NCBI RefSeq assembly: GCF_003918875.1
Contig: NW_025767131.1
Coordinates: 620,001 to 684,000 of the forward strand
Reading direction: 5' to 3'
Length of the DNA: 64,000 nt
Source of the DNA: Haliotis rubra
Taxonomy: Eukaryota
This document shows, in pieces, positions 39,569 through 52,045 of the stretch (its first letter is position 1; every line of letters begins with the position of its first letter). A program made the position numbers and the translations under genes. The notes under the pieces are model-generated. The model had not been told where the DNA came from, ran no database searches, and worked only from the letters and a program-made list of their open reading frames with translations.

Positions 39569-40755
39569 CAGTGAAGAAAGAGAAAGACGATAAACTGTGA
39601 AAGATAATTCCAGCCATTTCTTGTCGTAAACCGATTTGTGACTGTTAGTGTTGAGGATGTAACTGCTGCTAGAGACAGAGAAGACAAATTGGTCTTACAA
39701 TTATGTCATGCAGTTGTCCATACCAAATGCATTAGTTACTGAACTTTAGAAAAATGGCAAGGCGTAATCATTAGTTCAAAAAACGGAATTCTGGGGGTTT
39801 AACACAAAAGTATTTTATCTTTTTTAACCAAACAATTTCTCCTGGCATAATTTTCTTCTCGGAATTTTCCTCAAATTACCGGCTATACTTACATCGGCAC
39901 AAATAACATCCAATCCCGCCGAGATTTACGATTGTATTTTTTATTATCCCGACCAAAGTTGATGAAATACAGAAATAGCCATGGATTCGATGGGAGGGTC
40001 GGGAATCGACCGTGGGACACTGTAAGCCGTGTGTCCCCATCATTGGTAATTGGTGTTGTCAGTAATTGCAAGTTTCCAAACCACGCGGGGGTGGGAAAGC
40101 AAATTAGCTCTCCATGTGAAGGAGGATTAGAACGCAAGTAGGATCATCATTATGTCAGGCGTACTCTTACCTTTGTAAATTTCTAAATCGACTCTAAATG
40201 AATAAATAATAATAATAGACGAGAATACGATCACCATCAAGTAAACTGAAATGTCACCAAAGCAAACACAAATGTATTCTAAAATAACAAATGTGGTTCC
40301 AGATTTATTGTATCTGCCTTTCCGTTCATCGTTCCGAGAATATTGCATTATTTCATTAACTCGTCACACGCCCATACAGCCTTGATGTCATTATGAAATA
40401 TATGACGTCACGTTTCCAATCACTTTAACTGTTCTAATATTTTCATAAATCTTCGGTTGATTAGGAGAGATTCAATCAAAGTATGAAAAGAGCTAATAAT
40501 GAGATATTTTTCAATTTTTAAACCTCATCGTTCCTGATGAGAGACTGATGAAGCTCCGGCTCGACTAACATTATCAACAGTTACGTAACACAGTTCCTTG
40601 AATGGAAGTTACTAACAGTGTTACTTTGCCAATCGTATTCATTGTGTCTGCATATGAAGACTGTTTACACCCCTTAGGTGCTATTCTCTTCACAATCGAT
40701 AGCCATTTAGGGATTCAGAATGCGGGAATCACCACAAACACACACTAATTTTACT

Positions 40756-40900
40756 GAGTGATTAGGTTAGGTTTTTACAGTACTTTTAGCAAATTTCCAG
40801 CAATATTAAGATCATGGCTTCTGAAATGAGCTGCACATCTTATACCGATGTGGGGAACCGAACGCGGGCCGTCGAAATGATGTACGTTTAACCGCCATGG
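40756..40900 (-). mobile_element. Degenerate family A SINE
   Basis: ttttagcaa.ttccagcaatat...gaaatgagct.cacat...atgtggggaaccgaac. Confidence 0.7.
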
Positions 40901-41267
40901 TGGCCTCGTCTTCAAATGTAACTGAAAATGACTGGGATAAGGTTGTGAAGTTAGCACTTTTAAGAGGGTAAGAGTTCTGGTAATATTCACAAACGTAGAA
41001 GTTATCGAACTGGAGAGATATGGGAACGGTTTCAAGAGCTGGAATTCGGTTTTTGATATATTGATTGCAACGCTGTTTAGATAATTGTACTTTAATTTCG
41101 ATTTATTATAAAAGATCGGCCTTTCCAGTCACCGAAAGGTTGGAAAATTGTGAAAGTCCTTCTTATTACCTTTCAAGTTGGAATATGTTGCTTTTACTTC
41201 CTGGGAATATGGTCTATTTTATCACACGCTCCACACAAATGTGTGCGGAACTGTACCCTGAGCAGTA

Positions 41268-41506
41268 CGCCTCACTAGTTGTACATTGGATTTGGATTTA
41301 TTTTATTTATTCCACCTATATGGAAGCGGTCTTTATATACCCGGTCTGGACCAGACAATCCAGTGATCAACGGCATGAACATCGATCTACGCATTTGGGA
41401 TACGATCACGTGTGTCAACTCAGTCAGAGAGCCTGACCATCCGAACCCGTTAGTCGCCTATTACGACAAACATGGAAGGCCAATGTTATTCCGGATCTTC
41501 ACAGGA
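41268..41506 (-). mobile_element. Family B retroelement, diverged copy
   Basis: gtctggaccagacaatccagtgatcaac...gagcctgacca.ccgaacccgttagtcgcctattacgacaa.catgg..ccggatcttcac. Confidence 0.88.
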
Positions 41507-41690
41507 AAGATGGACATTGAAAACAGTGAATACATCTTCTAAAGAAGGATGCATCAAGAGTTACATTTTCTACGAAGAGGTTTGCCATTATCTTCCGTAT
41601 TGACATTATTCAAATGGAAGCGACCATAACAAATCTCTGATATAAGCAGCAGAGTCGAATGCAGGATTCGGACTACCGGTATATAATTGG

Positions 41691-42260
41691 TAGTGGAGTC
41701 ACGATTCATCGATTCGCATCGATGCATCGGTCCATGGGCCGCCAATACAGTGAATCGATACAAAAGTTTACGTTGTCGTATATCCCGATACTTCAAATGG
41801 GCCACGATACATCGATGTTTAACTTTGAATATTGCCGAATCGCGATATCTGTCAAGATATACTGTCTGTAAAATCAGCACAGAGTTCATTCTATTATGTG
41901 ACTGTAGTGACAGCATCCAGCAGCATGCAGATATTAAAGATGTTTTTGATCTATGTTTTCTGTTTATAACAGTATTATGTTTTATTTATTTTGTACTTGT
42001 TTTTTTAAAAATAAATATGGGCCTAATGCGACTTATTTTCAAACTGAACTTTCTTTCATTTAAACATTGTTTTTGTTGTGATATTAAGGTGTTTTATTGT
42101 TGGTGTTGGAATTAAAGGTTTCAGTATAGCCACCCTTATATCGGGATTCATATCGTATCGCAGCTTCAGTGAACAAAATACTTTGACAATATATCGTCAT
42201 GACTAAATTTTCGTATCATGCTGTATCGTATCGCAGGTTGTATGCCAAATACCAGCACTA
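41691..42260. mobile_element. hAT-type MITE
   Basis: Termini TAGTG...CACTA, subterminal CGAT/ATCG repeats at both ends, decayed 8-bp TSD ataattgg/ataatgag. Confidence 0.7.
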
Positions 42261-42277
42261 ATAATGAGAATGTCTTT

Positions 42278-42372
42278 GTTTCAACAGTATTACAGCTGTA
42301 CGCTGTTGTTTGTAAACAATCAAGCCTGGACCAGACAATGCTGTGATTCTTACCATGCAATACGATGACAGG
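42278..42372 (-). mobile_element. Family B fragment
   Basis: tcaacagtattacagct...gtttgtaaacaatcaagcctggaccagacaat..gtgat..tacgatgaca. Confidence 0.6.
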
Positions 42373-42640
42373 GCATGTATTTATGAATCACTATGAAATA
42401 TCTATGGTACTAGGTGTTCACGAAAAGGTAAGTGTATCGAGCCCCACGTGTGGCACCCGTCAAAGACATGCTAAGTGTAGTCATTTGGTCACCTAAAATA
42501 ATTCGGAAACGTATGGTACAATTGGATCCGACATAATCTTTGTCACAGATGCATCAAATTGTGAAATGCCCTCCACATATCTAACATAAATCTTTTTGAA
42601 AGCTTAACTGAGGCTTTGGATGTTGTTCCCTTGACCGAAC

Positions 42641-42968
42641 AACTTTAATCACGGAAGTAACGACATGTTCATTCACCTACACGTGTGTCCAAGATATCAA
42701 ACCTGGTGACGTCATATTGAGTCCATGATATCATATCTAACAATGTGAAACTTTAATCACGGAAGTAACGACATGTTCATTCACCTACACGTGTGTCCCT
42801 GATATCAAACCTGGTGACGCCATATTGAGTCCATGATATCAATATCTAACAATGTGAAACGTTAATCACGGAAGTAACGACATGTTCATTCACCTACGCG
42901 TTTGTCCATGATATCAAACCTGGTGACGTCATATTGAGTCCATGATATCAATATCTAACAATATGAAA
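42641..42968. repeat. Tandem repeat, 3 x 108-109 bp
   Basis: Units begin at 42641, 42749 and 42858 (ttaatcacggaagtaacgacatgttcattcacctac...). Confidence 0.92.
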
Positions 42969-43438
42969 GCGTATGACGTTAATTTGACAACATATACGTG
43001 AATATACTGCAGCTAGGTTGGTCAAATTTAATAATTTATGTTTTATTCTATAACACGATATCCCACACTGCTGAAAATTGATAGTTTAAATAAATATTGA
43101 TTTCATTTTTGCAAAACAGCCATTCCCCTTAGGCATTCCAAAAACCTATGATCGTAGGTTCGAAACGAAATTCTCTCTCTTTCATAACACTACCTCGTTC
43201 TACACATAAACATTCGACACGCGTATTTGAACTAAGCTCGTGAGACCTACTCTAGTATTGATATTATTTTCAATTAACGTCTTCTTATTTACATGACATT
43301 TAACTAATGGTACTTTGATATTTCAGTAATGGTACCCAGGAGAGACAAAAAATGGCGTCTCAAATGTACAGACTTATCGTTCATGACAGCATGGAGCTAT
43401 ACGGACATAGAATGAACGAGATTATCCCATAAAATGAG

Positions 43439-43600
43439 NNNNNNNNNNNNNNNNNNNNNNNNNNNNNNNNNNNNNNNNNNNNNNNNNNNNNNNNNNNNNN
43501 NNNNNNNNNNNNNNNNNNNNNNNNNNNNNNNNNNNNNNNNNNNNNNNNNNNNNNNNNNNNNNNNNNNNNNNNNNNNNNNNNNNNNNNNNNNNNNNNNNNN
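43439..43600. other. Assembly gap (162 N)
   Basis: Run of N. Confidence 1.
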
Positions 43601-45344
43601 AATGGTGAATGTGACTTTCACATGTCATATGTATGCGTACATATATATCTGAAGAGATATATTATTCTAAAAGCCAGGACATGCACACGCTGTTCGAGAG
43701 CACCTGGTGTCATCACTGATTTTTAGTTTTGTTGCAGCTCATGATCTGGACTGGTTATTCCTTGGCACGACGTCATAAATCACTTAAGCTTGCAATTGAG
43801 TAATACTATACACTTTCTGTACACGAAACTGATAATGAAAGGAATAGGTATTCAAACTAACTCATTCAGCAACCTCATCATGTGATTGTGAAATAGATTC
43901 TTTATTAACATAAAATTGATATATGTGTTGGAATACACTGACGACTCGTTTCGTCCATGTATACAGAGCTAATTCATTTTATTTTTGCTGATTGAATTTT
44001 CGTTCAATCAAAAGATACGTTGATTACACGACGCCGGCATTGTCATAACGTTCTTTAGGAAGCATTTACAATATACACATAGACATACATATCCCACGTT
44101 GACAGTGTGTGTTTGTCAGGTATCCATATAATGTAATATGCAAACACATAAAAGTGCCCGTGGATATACGTGCCAAAATTACGCATGTGTAAACTGTAAC
44201 AAAACGTGGGCTGTCATTAGGATTATCTATCCTGTCATTAAGAATGTCAATATCTATTCACAATGCACACTTTGTTTCCATAGTACCCGAAGTTATTGGA
44301 TTACTCAAACCTGGCATCAAAGATTTTATTTCATTTTCTAAAAGTGTATTTTCCAAAGTAATGAAATTTGTATTATTCAAAGGAAGGATTACTTCTTTAC
44401 TGGAAACGTATTATATTTTTCAACTTCACTTATAAACGTAATGTACATGAATTCACATTCGTTTACCCCAAAGCTGTGAAAACGTATTATGTGTTCTGTA
44501 AATAGCGTATGTAATATCATGCTTTATTTGAAAGAATCATGACTTAATTAGCATTGGCAACGCGGATGTGAATAGAGAAGTGAATAACGAGTCGGATATA
44601 TTTTGTCATGATAAACGCTGGGGCGGAGAACTACCAGCTAAGGAGTCTGGGACGTTCCAGTACAATGTATCAGTACGATGTCTATCGTGTCAATTCTCGA
44701 CGAAAATCGATAGGATTTTCATCACTAATGGCTTGGTATTTAATACCGATGTGATGAAACGATTACGACCAATAATGTGTTGAATTTGGGTCTGGATTCA
44801 AACTCAAATTACCAATGAAGCCATTATGTTAATAGGAAACAAATTAAATGAGGAAATTGACACAATTATGCCTTGGCTAAGTCTATACGTTCCCGGAGTC
44901 AATATTTGGTTTGAGACAGTATACTGGAAGATTGGTAGATTTGGTAAAATACCTTCATCCACTGTGGAACGTCGGTGCGTAATATTAGCTGACCCTTTCA
45001 GTGACAACGTCTGTCGAACTGCTTGTGGAAAACAATGTCCTTCAGCAGCATAGGTCTATATACACAGGGGGTAATGGAGGTAGGTTTAACATACCGCTTT
45101 GTCAAGTATGTCTATCCGATCTGAAGCCGTTTTCAGTGCATGGAAGCAACTAAAGAAAAGTGTAAGCTGCGGCAGCTCGGTGTCAATACTTCACGGGTTT
45201 GTATACAGTCCATCACCCTAGACTACATCCAGCAGAATTGCCGAGTATTTGCGACGCGTGTCGGGCGATGAAATGAGATCACATTTTGATCAAGGTTCGC
45301 CGCACGTGTGGGTTATACGAACTCCATTGCATGGGACAGAAATA

Positions 45345-46800
45345 TCTGTGGGCGAGCTGGCTAAGGTGCCAGGCTAGTGAAGGTGCCATGCTAGTGATCC
45401 AGCGAGCTTGGAGGTGTATTCCCATATTGCCTACAGCTCCAAACTGGCTACAGGTTAAAACAACGTGACACGGTCCAGTGATAAGGAAGTGAAGTTAATG
45501 GGAATACGCCGATCTGACCTGTTCTATCCCTGTTAAAATGAACTTGACCAGTTACTTGGTTAATGAACTGACCTGTTCTTAGGTGTCTTCCCACTCTGCC
45601 TACAGAAATTAAACAAATGACAAGTGTTGGTTGGTAAGACATCTTTATTCATTCTGACAATTCTCAGTCGTTACATGGAGACATGGATATATCATGAAAA
45701 ATTGATGTTTTAAAGTCCTTTACTGGTTTTACAGTCTTTTACTGGTTTCACAATTACACACAACTGACAAGAATGTCCATTTCCTTGCCATGGACTGCGA
45801 CATGTGACGGGACCCTGATAAAATGTATTTGCATGATTATTTTTGATTTGGTGGTACAGTATTCGTCTGTATATGTTATTTATCGGATCTGGTCTTTTTG
45901 TTGTAGAGTAATTTTTGAGAGCCTGTATGGAGTCTTACCTATTTCATATTTTTTTAACCTTTTTAATTCAGCATCCCATTCAAATTTTCCTTACTCGGTT
46001 GTTGGAGGTTTTTTTTGGTAGTAACACCAATCTTTCAAAATTTCTATTTTTCGTTCCCGTCATTTCCTAAAACTGTATTACCCCGTCGCCGAAATACCTT
46101 AGTTGTGCGTGCAACATTAAATAAAGCAAATAACTACTTCTACCTTACTCCAAAACGACACAGCCCTTCTTTATGGACAATTGGGCTGTTCCATTATTCT
46201 ACAGGGCAAAACATCACACTGCCTACAATATTTTTGTTGGCAGTTTGGGATGTAGGCAGTTTGGAACTGTAGGCAGTATGGGACCTAACCTAGCCTGGAG
46301 GTGCCGGGATCGAGCCCACCTGTGACCGGGTGTAAATATATTGGAGTCAACTTTGTGTGCAGACTCAGTGTTGTCACAACCCCTAGTGTACAGTACACAA
46401 CCCCTAGTGTACAGTACACAACCCTGTGCACTTAAAAGAACCCACGAATCCCTTGGTATATGACCAGATGGTGGCCACATGAATACGTGCAAACACCTAG
46501 TTGCGGGTACAGCAACGTGCAGTGAACTTGAACGAAGTACTGTGACTATGTGTCCAAGTCCACCCAGCTGTGAATGGGTACCTCGTTAGGATGAGAAAGC
46601 CACACTCACTCGGTGCGCCTAGTGGCTGCAAGAGCTGCATGATCCCCAGGGAGTTGAGATTGATAATACGATGTGCCGTTTTCGATTGACATCAAGTGAT
46701 CAAGGGAAATAAATATCGGCGCCTTGAGCATGCACTAGTTGCGTGGATATGTGCGCTATATACATATCCTATAATAATAAAAAGATATAATAATAATAAC
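45345..46800 (+). mobile_element. tRNA-Leu-like SINE with L2-type tail, interrupted in its head by a MITE
   Basis: Removing 45413-46299 rejoins tgggcgagctggctaaggtgcc..ctagtgatccagcgagcttgga|ggtgccgggatcgagcccacctgtgac (A and B boxes). The body has gcacttaaaagaaccc and ccacccagctgtgaatgggtacc (Deu/Nin-like, from memory). Tail gcgccttgagcat..ggatatgtgcgctatata(taa)n. Confidence 0.75.
45413..46290. mobile_element. MULE/Mutator-like MITE with ~9-bp TSD
   Basis: TIR tcccatattgcctacagctccaaactggctaca versus tgtaggcagtttggaactgtaggcagtatggga (3 mismatches). GG...CC ends; flanks gagcttgga / tagcctgga. Confidence 0.8.
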
Positions 46801-46880
46801 TGGCAAAACCGTTAAATATGCGCCTGAAGACATGAGTGAATGAGTGAGTGGATATCCGTTGCGTGCGAGCGTGCGCGTGT

Positions 46881-47031
46881 GAGTGAGTGTAGTTTGAAGA
46901 GGCCCTTCATAATTTACCAGCAATATGACGTCGAGACACCTAAAATGGATTTAACACACTGCACCCATCAGTGGGAGAATCCAACTTCGCCCCGACGAGG
47001 GAACGGCTTAAGCAGTAGGTTGTCCCAGCGC
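46881..47031 (-). mobile_element. Degenerate family A SINE
   Basis: gagtgagt..ccagcaatatgacg..gacacctaaaatggatttaacacactgcacccat. Confidence 0.65.
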
Positions 47032-47055
47032 TACCGTTGATTACAAGTTGATTAC

Positions 47056-47602
47056 ATGTTTAACGATGCCTTGCACTGCAATACAATCAGGATAGAATGT
47101 GGACGATATGTTAACCGCCCTGTTGCAGAACGAGTTTGTTTTAACTGTAATGATTGTACCGAAGATGAAACCCGTGTCCCCTCTACAATGATGTTCGACA
47201 GGTTGTACTGCACATATGTGCTGAAGTGTTCTCCGAGTTTAACACTGTTGATGACATCACTAACACTAGATTCATTTCATCTTGCACTGTGATAGCCCAT
47301 TTATGTGCCAAAACATGTAAACTTATTTCAGACAAACGGATGGAAAAATTGTACAATTCCTCGTTATATATTTTTATGCTTTTATATGTTCTCTATGTGT
47401 GTGTGTGTATATATATATAATTATATTTATGCTTCTCATATCATATTGTCTTTTAACAAGTTATATTTCTATTGTATAAGGGTTTAACAGACAGTCTCTC
47501 ATAACTCCAAATAAAGTGGCTCACGTATTTTTTCTGTATATAATGCTGTACTATTTTATGTCAATGAGGTGAGACTCAAATAAAGAATCTGTCTGTCTGT
47601 CT
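47056..47602 (+). mobile_element. 3' fragment of a non-LTR retrotransposon (RTE-X-like)
   Basis: IRIECGRY..RPVAERVCFNCNDCTEDE is the typical C-terminal Cys motif. It is followed by a 3' UTR ending aataaagaa(tctg)n. Confidence 0.8.
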
Positions 47603-48317
47603 ACGATTGACTCCGGGGGGTCAGCATAATGTAGGAGCAAAGTCCCATTTGATATACGTACGACTCCAGCTAAGCCCACGAGCAAGGGTATGGAGATAAT
47701 ACAGAACTACAATCGGAGCGTGTCGCGGGGCCATCCAGGTCCTCTTTCGCCGAGGATAACCTAGGAACGGAGTGTTTAGAGGACCGTGAAGTATTAAGGG
47801 TGATGGGCCAGCAATCGGTGAAAACTTGTCCTCGGTGAAGTGTTGTGTATGATGGCGCCGCAGTTCTACTTGGGATGACTTCTCCCGCAACATCAGCATA
47901 TGTACATGTATTCTACAAACAGACATGTGTTGGCATATGCTGTTGAAGTATGTGGTGATAAGCACTTCCGTTGTCATTTTACCTTGGAAAACCATTTTAG
48001 AGTTTCATTCCCAAGTGAATAAAAGCTTTTAATATAAAGCCCACGCTTTAAAACATGTGTCCATAAAAAGACTAAAATTCGTACTTGCACTTAAAACGTG
48101 TATTTCATTTAATAATTTGTACATGCAAGTAAACACATGTACCACTGATTAGGCTATCACAGTGTCGGTTACAACATTCTTTATTATCACAGCATTATCA
48201 TTGAAATCAGATATAAATGACACCGTGATACACCATATATAACAGATGATATTTTTCATTCATCTGTAAAGCTAAATCAACGTCAGCAAAATAATATATG
48301 GGACGACTTTGTTTACA

Positions 48318-48530
48318 GCAACCTGTGGTTGTCATTCGAAGCGGTCAAATCGATGAGATGGTCAGACTCTATGACTTGGCTGAGTGCGGGTCATCGTAAC
48401 CCGAAGGCGTGACAGTTTGCTCATGCTATCGTCCTAATTGACTGACAAGTCTGGTCCAGAGTAGATCATTCACACTGCTGACATACTGTCGCTATATTTA
48501 CCTGTTTCTTGCTGAGTCTGGCCTTCAACA
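48318..48530 (+). mobile_element. Highly degenerate family B copy
   Basis: tggtcagactctatgacttggctga..gtcatcgtaaccc..tgctcatgct..gtctggtccaga..ttgctgagtctggc. Confidence 0.6.
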
Positions 48531-48977
48531 ATGATCAATATGAAATAGCCTATTCGAAGAAACAGGGAATTGCATGGGACATGGTTCTCCGTCACTGGTG
48601 AGTCACACTTTGAAATGTAACCCATAATGTCGGCCATAAAATTACGTTTTTCTCAGACATTCAATGCTGTAAACCTGATCAGTCAGAGAGGTAAGCAGGA
48701 GAGGTATAACGCTGTGTGAAATTCTTACACCTAATTCGAAATTTTGTTCAACTTAAAGAGAAAGTTGAACATAAATACTGTCCGAAAAGGACATTCATTA
48801 AACAACCTAAATCCACTACCACTCTGAATATATTTATGTCAACATTTCTGCATAAATCAGTTTACGACTGCAGTACTTATTCATAGTAGCATTGGTATTA
48901 ACAATGACAATATAACATATGTTATGTTTGGGATTACACTTTCTTAGTAAAGAACAGATTCTAGTACTTTTGGGGTT

Positions 48978-49052
48978 GTGTCCCATCCGGGATTCGAACC
49001 CACACCCTCAGAGTCAGGCACCGAATCGCCGAACCCGCTAAGCCACCGCGAC
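48978..49052 (-). other. tRNA-like pol III head (A box + B box) of a repeat; not a functional tRNA
   Basis: Minus strand TGGCTTAGCGG ... GGTTCGAATCCC. No complete cloverleaf. Confidence 0.6.
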
Positions 49053-49463
49053 TTCCACAAAAATGGAAGTAGGACAACTGGTAGTTTAGACTGCGGACTT
49101 GTACCCCTCTGATAAGTGGCACGGCTCCGACGGCCGGAAGCTGACAATATATATTTCAACAGCAATAGTTATGTTGACTGTAACTGTACCCATATGAAAA
49201 CATAATGACATCAAGAATAACTATAATAAAGGTAGAATTAGTAACGGTAAAAATACAATAATACACAACGCGAAACCGACAGTAATAGTGAGCACAATGG
49301 CGTTAGCAATAGCAGTCTCGATAGCGATGATGAGAAAGACCAGCACAGACGATAAAACCTCTAACAATAACACAAGCGGTAGCAATATCATGGGCGATAG
49401 CGGTTGTAATGGCGATAGCAGTAGAAACTGTGACAGCATGAGCGATATGGTTTTCATTAGCGA

Positions 49464-50195
49464 TTGGAGAGTGATAACAATGGCATTAGCGATGGTAACT
49501 GTGACAGTGATAGCAATAGCATTGACGATGGCAACCACGACAGTGATTGCAATAGTATTGACGATGACAACCACGACAGTGATAGCAATAGCATTAGGAA
49601 TGATAACCACGACAGTGATAGCAACAGCTTCGACGATGACAACCACAGCAGTGATATAAATAGCATTGACGATGACAACCACGACAGTGATAGCAATAGT
49701 ATTGACGATGACAACAGCGGCAGTGATAGCAATAGTATTGACGATGACAACCACGACAGTGATAGCAATAGTATTGACGATGACAACCACGACATCGATA
49801 GCAATAGTATTGACGATGACAACCGCGGCAGTGATAGCAATAGCATTAGCAATGAAAACTACGACAGTGATAGCAATAGCATTAGCAATGAAAACTACGA
49901 CAGTGATAGCAATAGTATTAGCAATGAAAACTACGACAGTGATAGCAATAGTATTGACGATGACAACCGCGGCAGTGTTAGCATTAGCAATGACAACCAC
50001 GACAGTGATTTAAATAGCATTGACGATGACAACCACGACAGTGATAGCAATAGTATTGACGATGACAACCACGACAGTGATAGCAATAGCATTAGCAATG
50101 ACAACCACGACAGTGATAAAAATAGCAGTAATTATCGCAACAACTGCAGTGATAGCAATAACATTGACGATGACAATCACGGCAAGGAACGATAG
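49464..50195 (+). repeat. 36-bp minisatellite with an open Asp/Ser/Asn-rich frame (DSDSNSIDDDNH)n
   Basis: About 19 units of gacagtgatagcaatagtattgacgatgacaaccac. Stop-free for 243 codons, with no ATG start. Coding status unproven. Confidence 0.85.
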
Positions 50196-50858
50196 CGGTT
50201 ACTTGTCGTTTTATAAAGCAATCCGAATACAACGGCGGGTCAGTTTAATGTTGAAATAAATTCATCATGGGGACATGTCAAGGATCGAAATCGGATTATA
50301 TCTCGGATCGGACTACACCCAACGGATCGTTTCTTACATGCACAAGTACACGAAGGTTTGCAATGAATGACAACACCACAGCAGCGCCTTTAACTTTGAC
50401 CACGGCATACTAGTGTAACTCCCACTACCTTACAGCATCTCTGCCACTTAGTTTCTAATCGTGACTCAGCTGTCTTCAAAGTATCGGAATCTAACTTGTG
50501 TGAAACTCTTATGGCTGCGTCACAGGTGGGCTTCGGGTTTTAATATGGATTTTGTTCATTACCAGATGAACGGGAACATGTACATGAAATTAAAGTACGC
50601 ATCAACTACGATGAATCAGGCGTCTGTCGGAACAGAAGCACATATCAACAATACCATAATCATTTTACATCCATTTAAATGTGAAATCGGTTTCGTAAAG
50701 GTCATAGGAACTACACACATTCACGCATTTATTTCTGCAAGCACATATGACACAGCTATGGTACAGGAACATCTGTGATCATTCGTGTATTTTAGGCTTG
50801 TCTACAAGTGTTTTGACGACAATAGACATGTATGCGATACCCATAAACCATAACTATC

Positions 50859-51098
50859 CCGGGAAGATCCGGGTTAGAATTGATCTTCAGTAACCTATGC
50901 TTGTGGTAAGACGCGAATAATGGGATCGAGAGGTCAGGCTCGCTAACTTGCTTGACACATGTCATCGTATCCGAACTGTATGGATCGATGCGCATGCTGT
51001 TGATCACTTGATTGTCTGGTCCAGACTCGATTATTTTCAGACCGACGCCACATAGTTGGAATATTGCTGAGTGCGGAGTAAAACTAAGCTCACTCACT
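50859..51098 (+). mobile_element. Family B non-tRNA retroelement, essentially full length
   Basis: 15-bp TSD taaaccataactatc at 50844-50858 and 51099-51113. Confidence 0.93.
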
Positions 51099-51361
51099 TA
51101 AACCATAACTATCATCTGCTTCATGCACCACGATTCAAGGCCATCAATTCAGATATAAATGTACTTCGGCTCTGTAGAAGAAACTAAACGGAGAAAATGC
51201 GTTTTAAGTCGTATCAGTAAGAGTTGCGTTCCCTGGTAGTGACAGAATCCTCTGATAATGGTCATGAGGGAAGCCCAATGTGATGTAGATCTCCGACGTT
51301 TACCACTTTGGTGAAATCCACGAACACATGTATGGTGCTGACAAGCCCCTCAAAACCCCAA

Positions 51362-51535
51362 TCGGTGTGGTGGGGTAGTCTAGTGGTTAAAGCGTTCGCT
51401 CGTGACGCCGCAGATCCGGGTTCGATATTCCCACATGGGTACATGTACAATGCGTGAAGCCCATTGCTGGTTTCCCCCGCCGTGATATTGCTGGAATATT
51501 GCTAAAAGCGGCGTGAAACTAAACTCACTCACTCA
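51362..51535 (+). mobile_element. Family A SINE (CACT tail)
   Basis: 13-bp TSD ctcaaaaccccaa at 51349-51361 and 51536-51548. Confidence 0.93.
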
Positions 51536-52045
51536 CTCAAAACCCCAAAACAGTACTATGAATACCATTACTGTCATCACTATAAACCATTTGATCCTAA
51601 TCATGAAAGAAAAACATCTGAAAGCAGGAAAACATTATGTGCACCTTGATCCTTACCAAAGATAGACAACATGATGTTTTCGCATTGTTGTGTCTAATTA
51701 CCTCAGTTTGAAACACCGGTGACCGCACTGGGACAGAAAATGAACTAAATGACTGGTAAAAACAAAGAAGATGAGGATATTTTTCTATACGTGTCGAATG
51801 ACATGCTCATGTAAGCGTCATAATTTCAAGCGACGGTGATAAAAGAATCAAAGGTCATTTGTGTCAAGGTGAAGTGCAAAGTAATAACCCGTCATGCTTG
51901 ATTAGTCGTTTTGTTCTTTTCAAGAACCTAAACAGCTTAGGATGTAATATCCCGTTATCATGACTGGGTTCACTTTGCTTCTTGGCAACGTTCCAGCATC
52001 ATCTTGTCGGAGGCTGAAGGCATGTCATAATAAATATGGTTCTTC

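Noticed and set aside
40530-40570. CTGATGA motifs (also 4642 and 10543) as hammerhead ribozyme cores
   Set aside because: No stem II followed by GAAA and no closing stems.
44826-45270. YVPGVN and SITLDYIQQ fragments as DIRS RNase H / recombinase remnants
   Set aside because: The motif matches are too short, and the adjoining apparent motif turned out to be a SINE head.
49221-50259. Hydrophobic (VVIVNTIAIT)n, (LLLSLSWLSSS)n and (MTTTTVIAI)n ORFs
   Set aside because: These are alternative frames of the 36-bp minisatellite.
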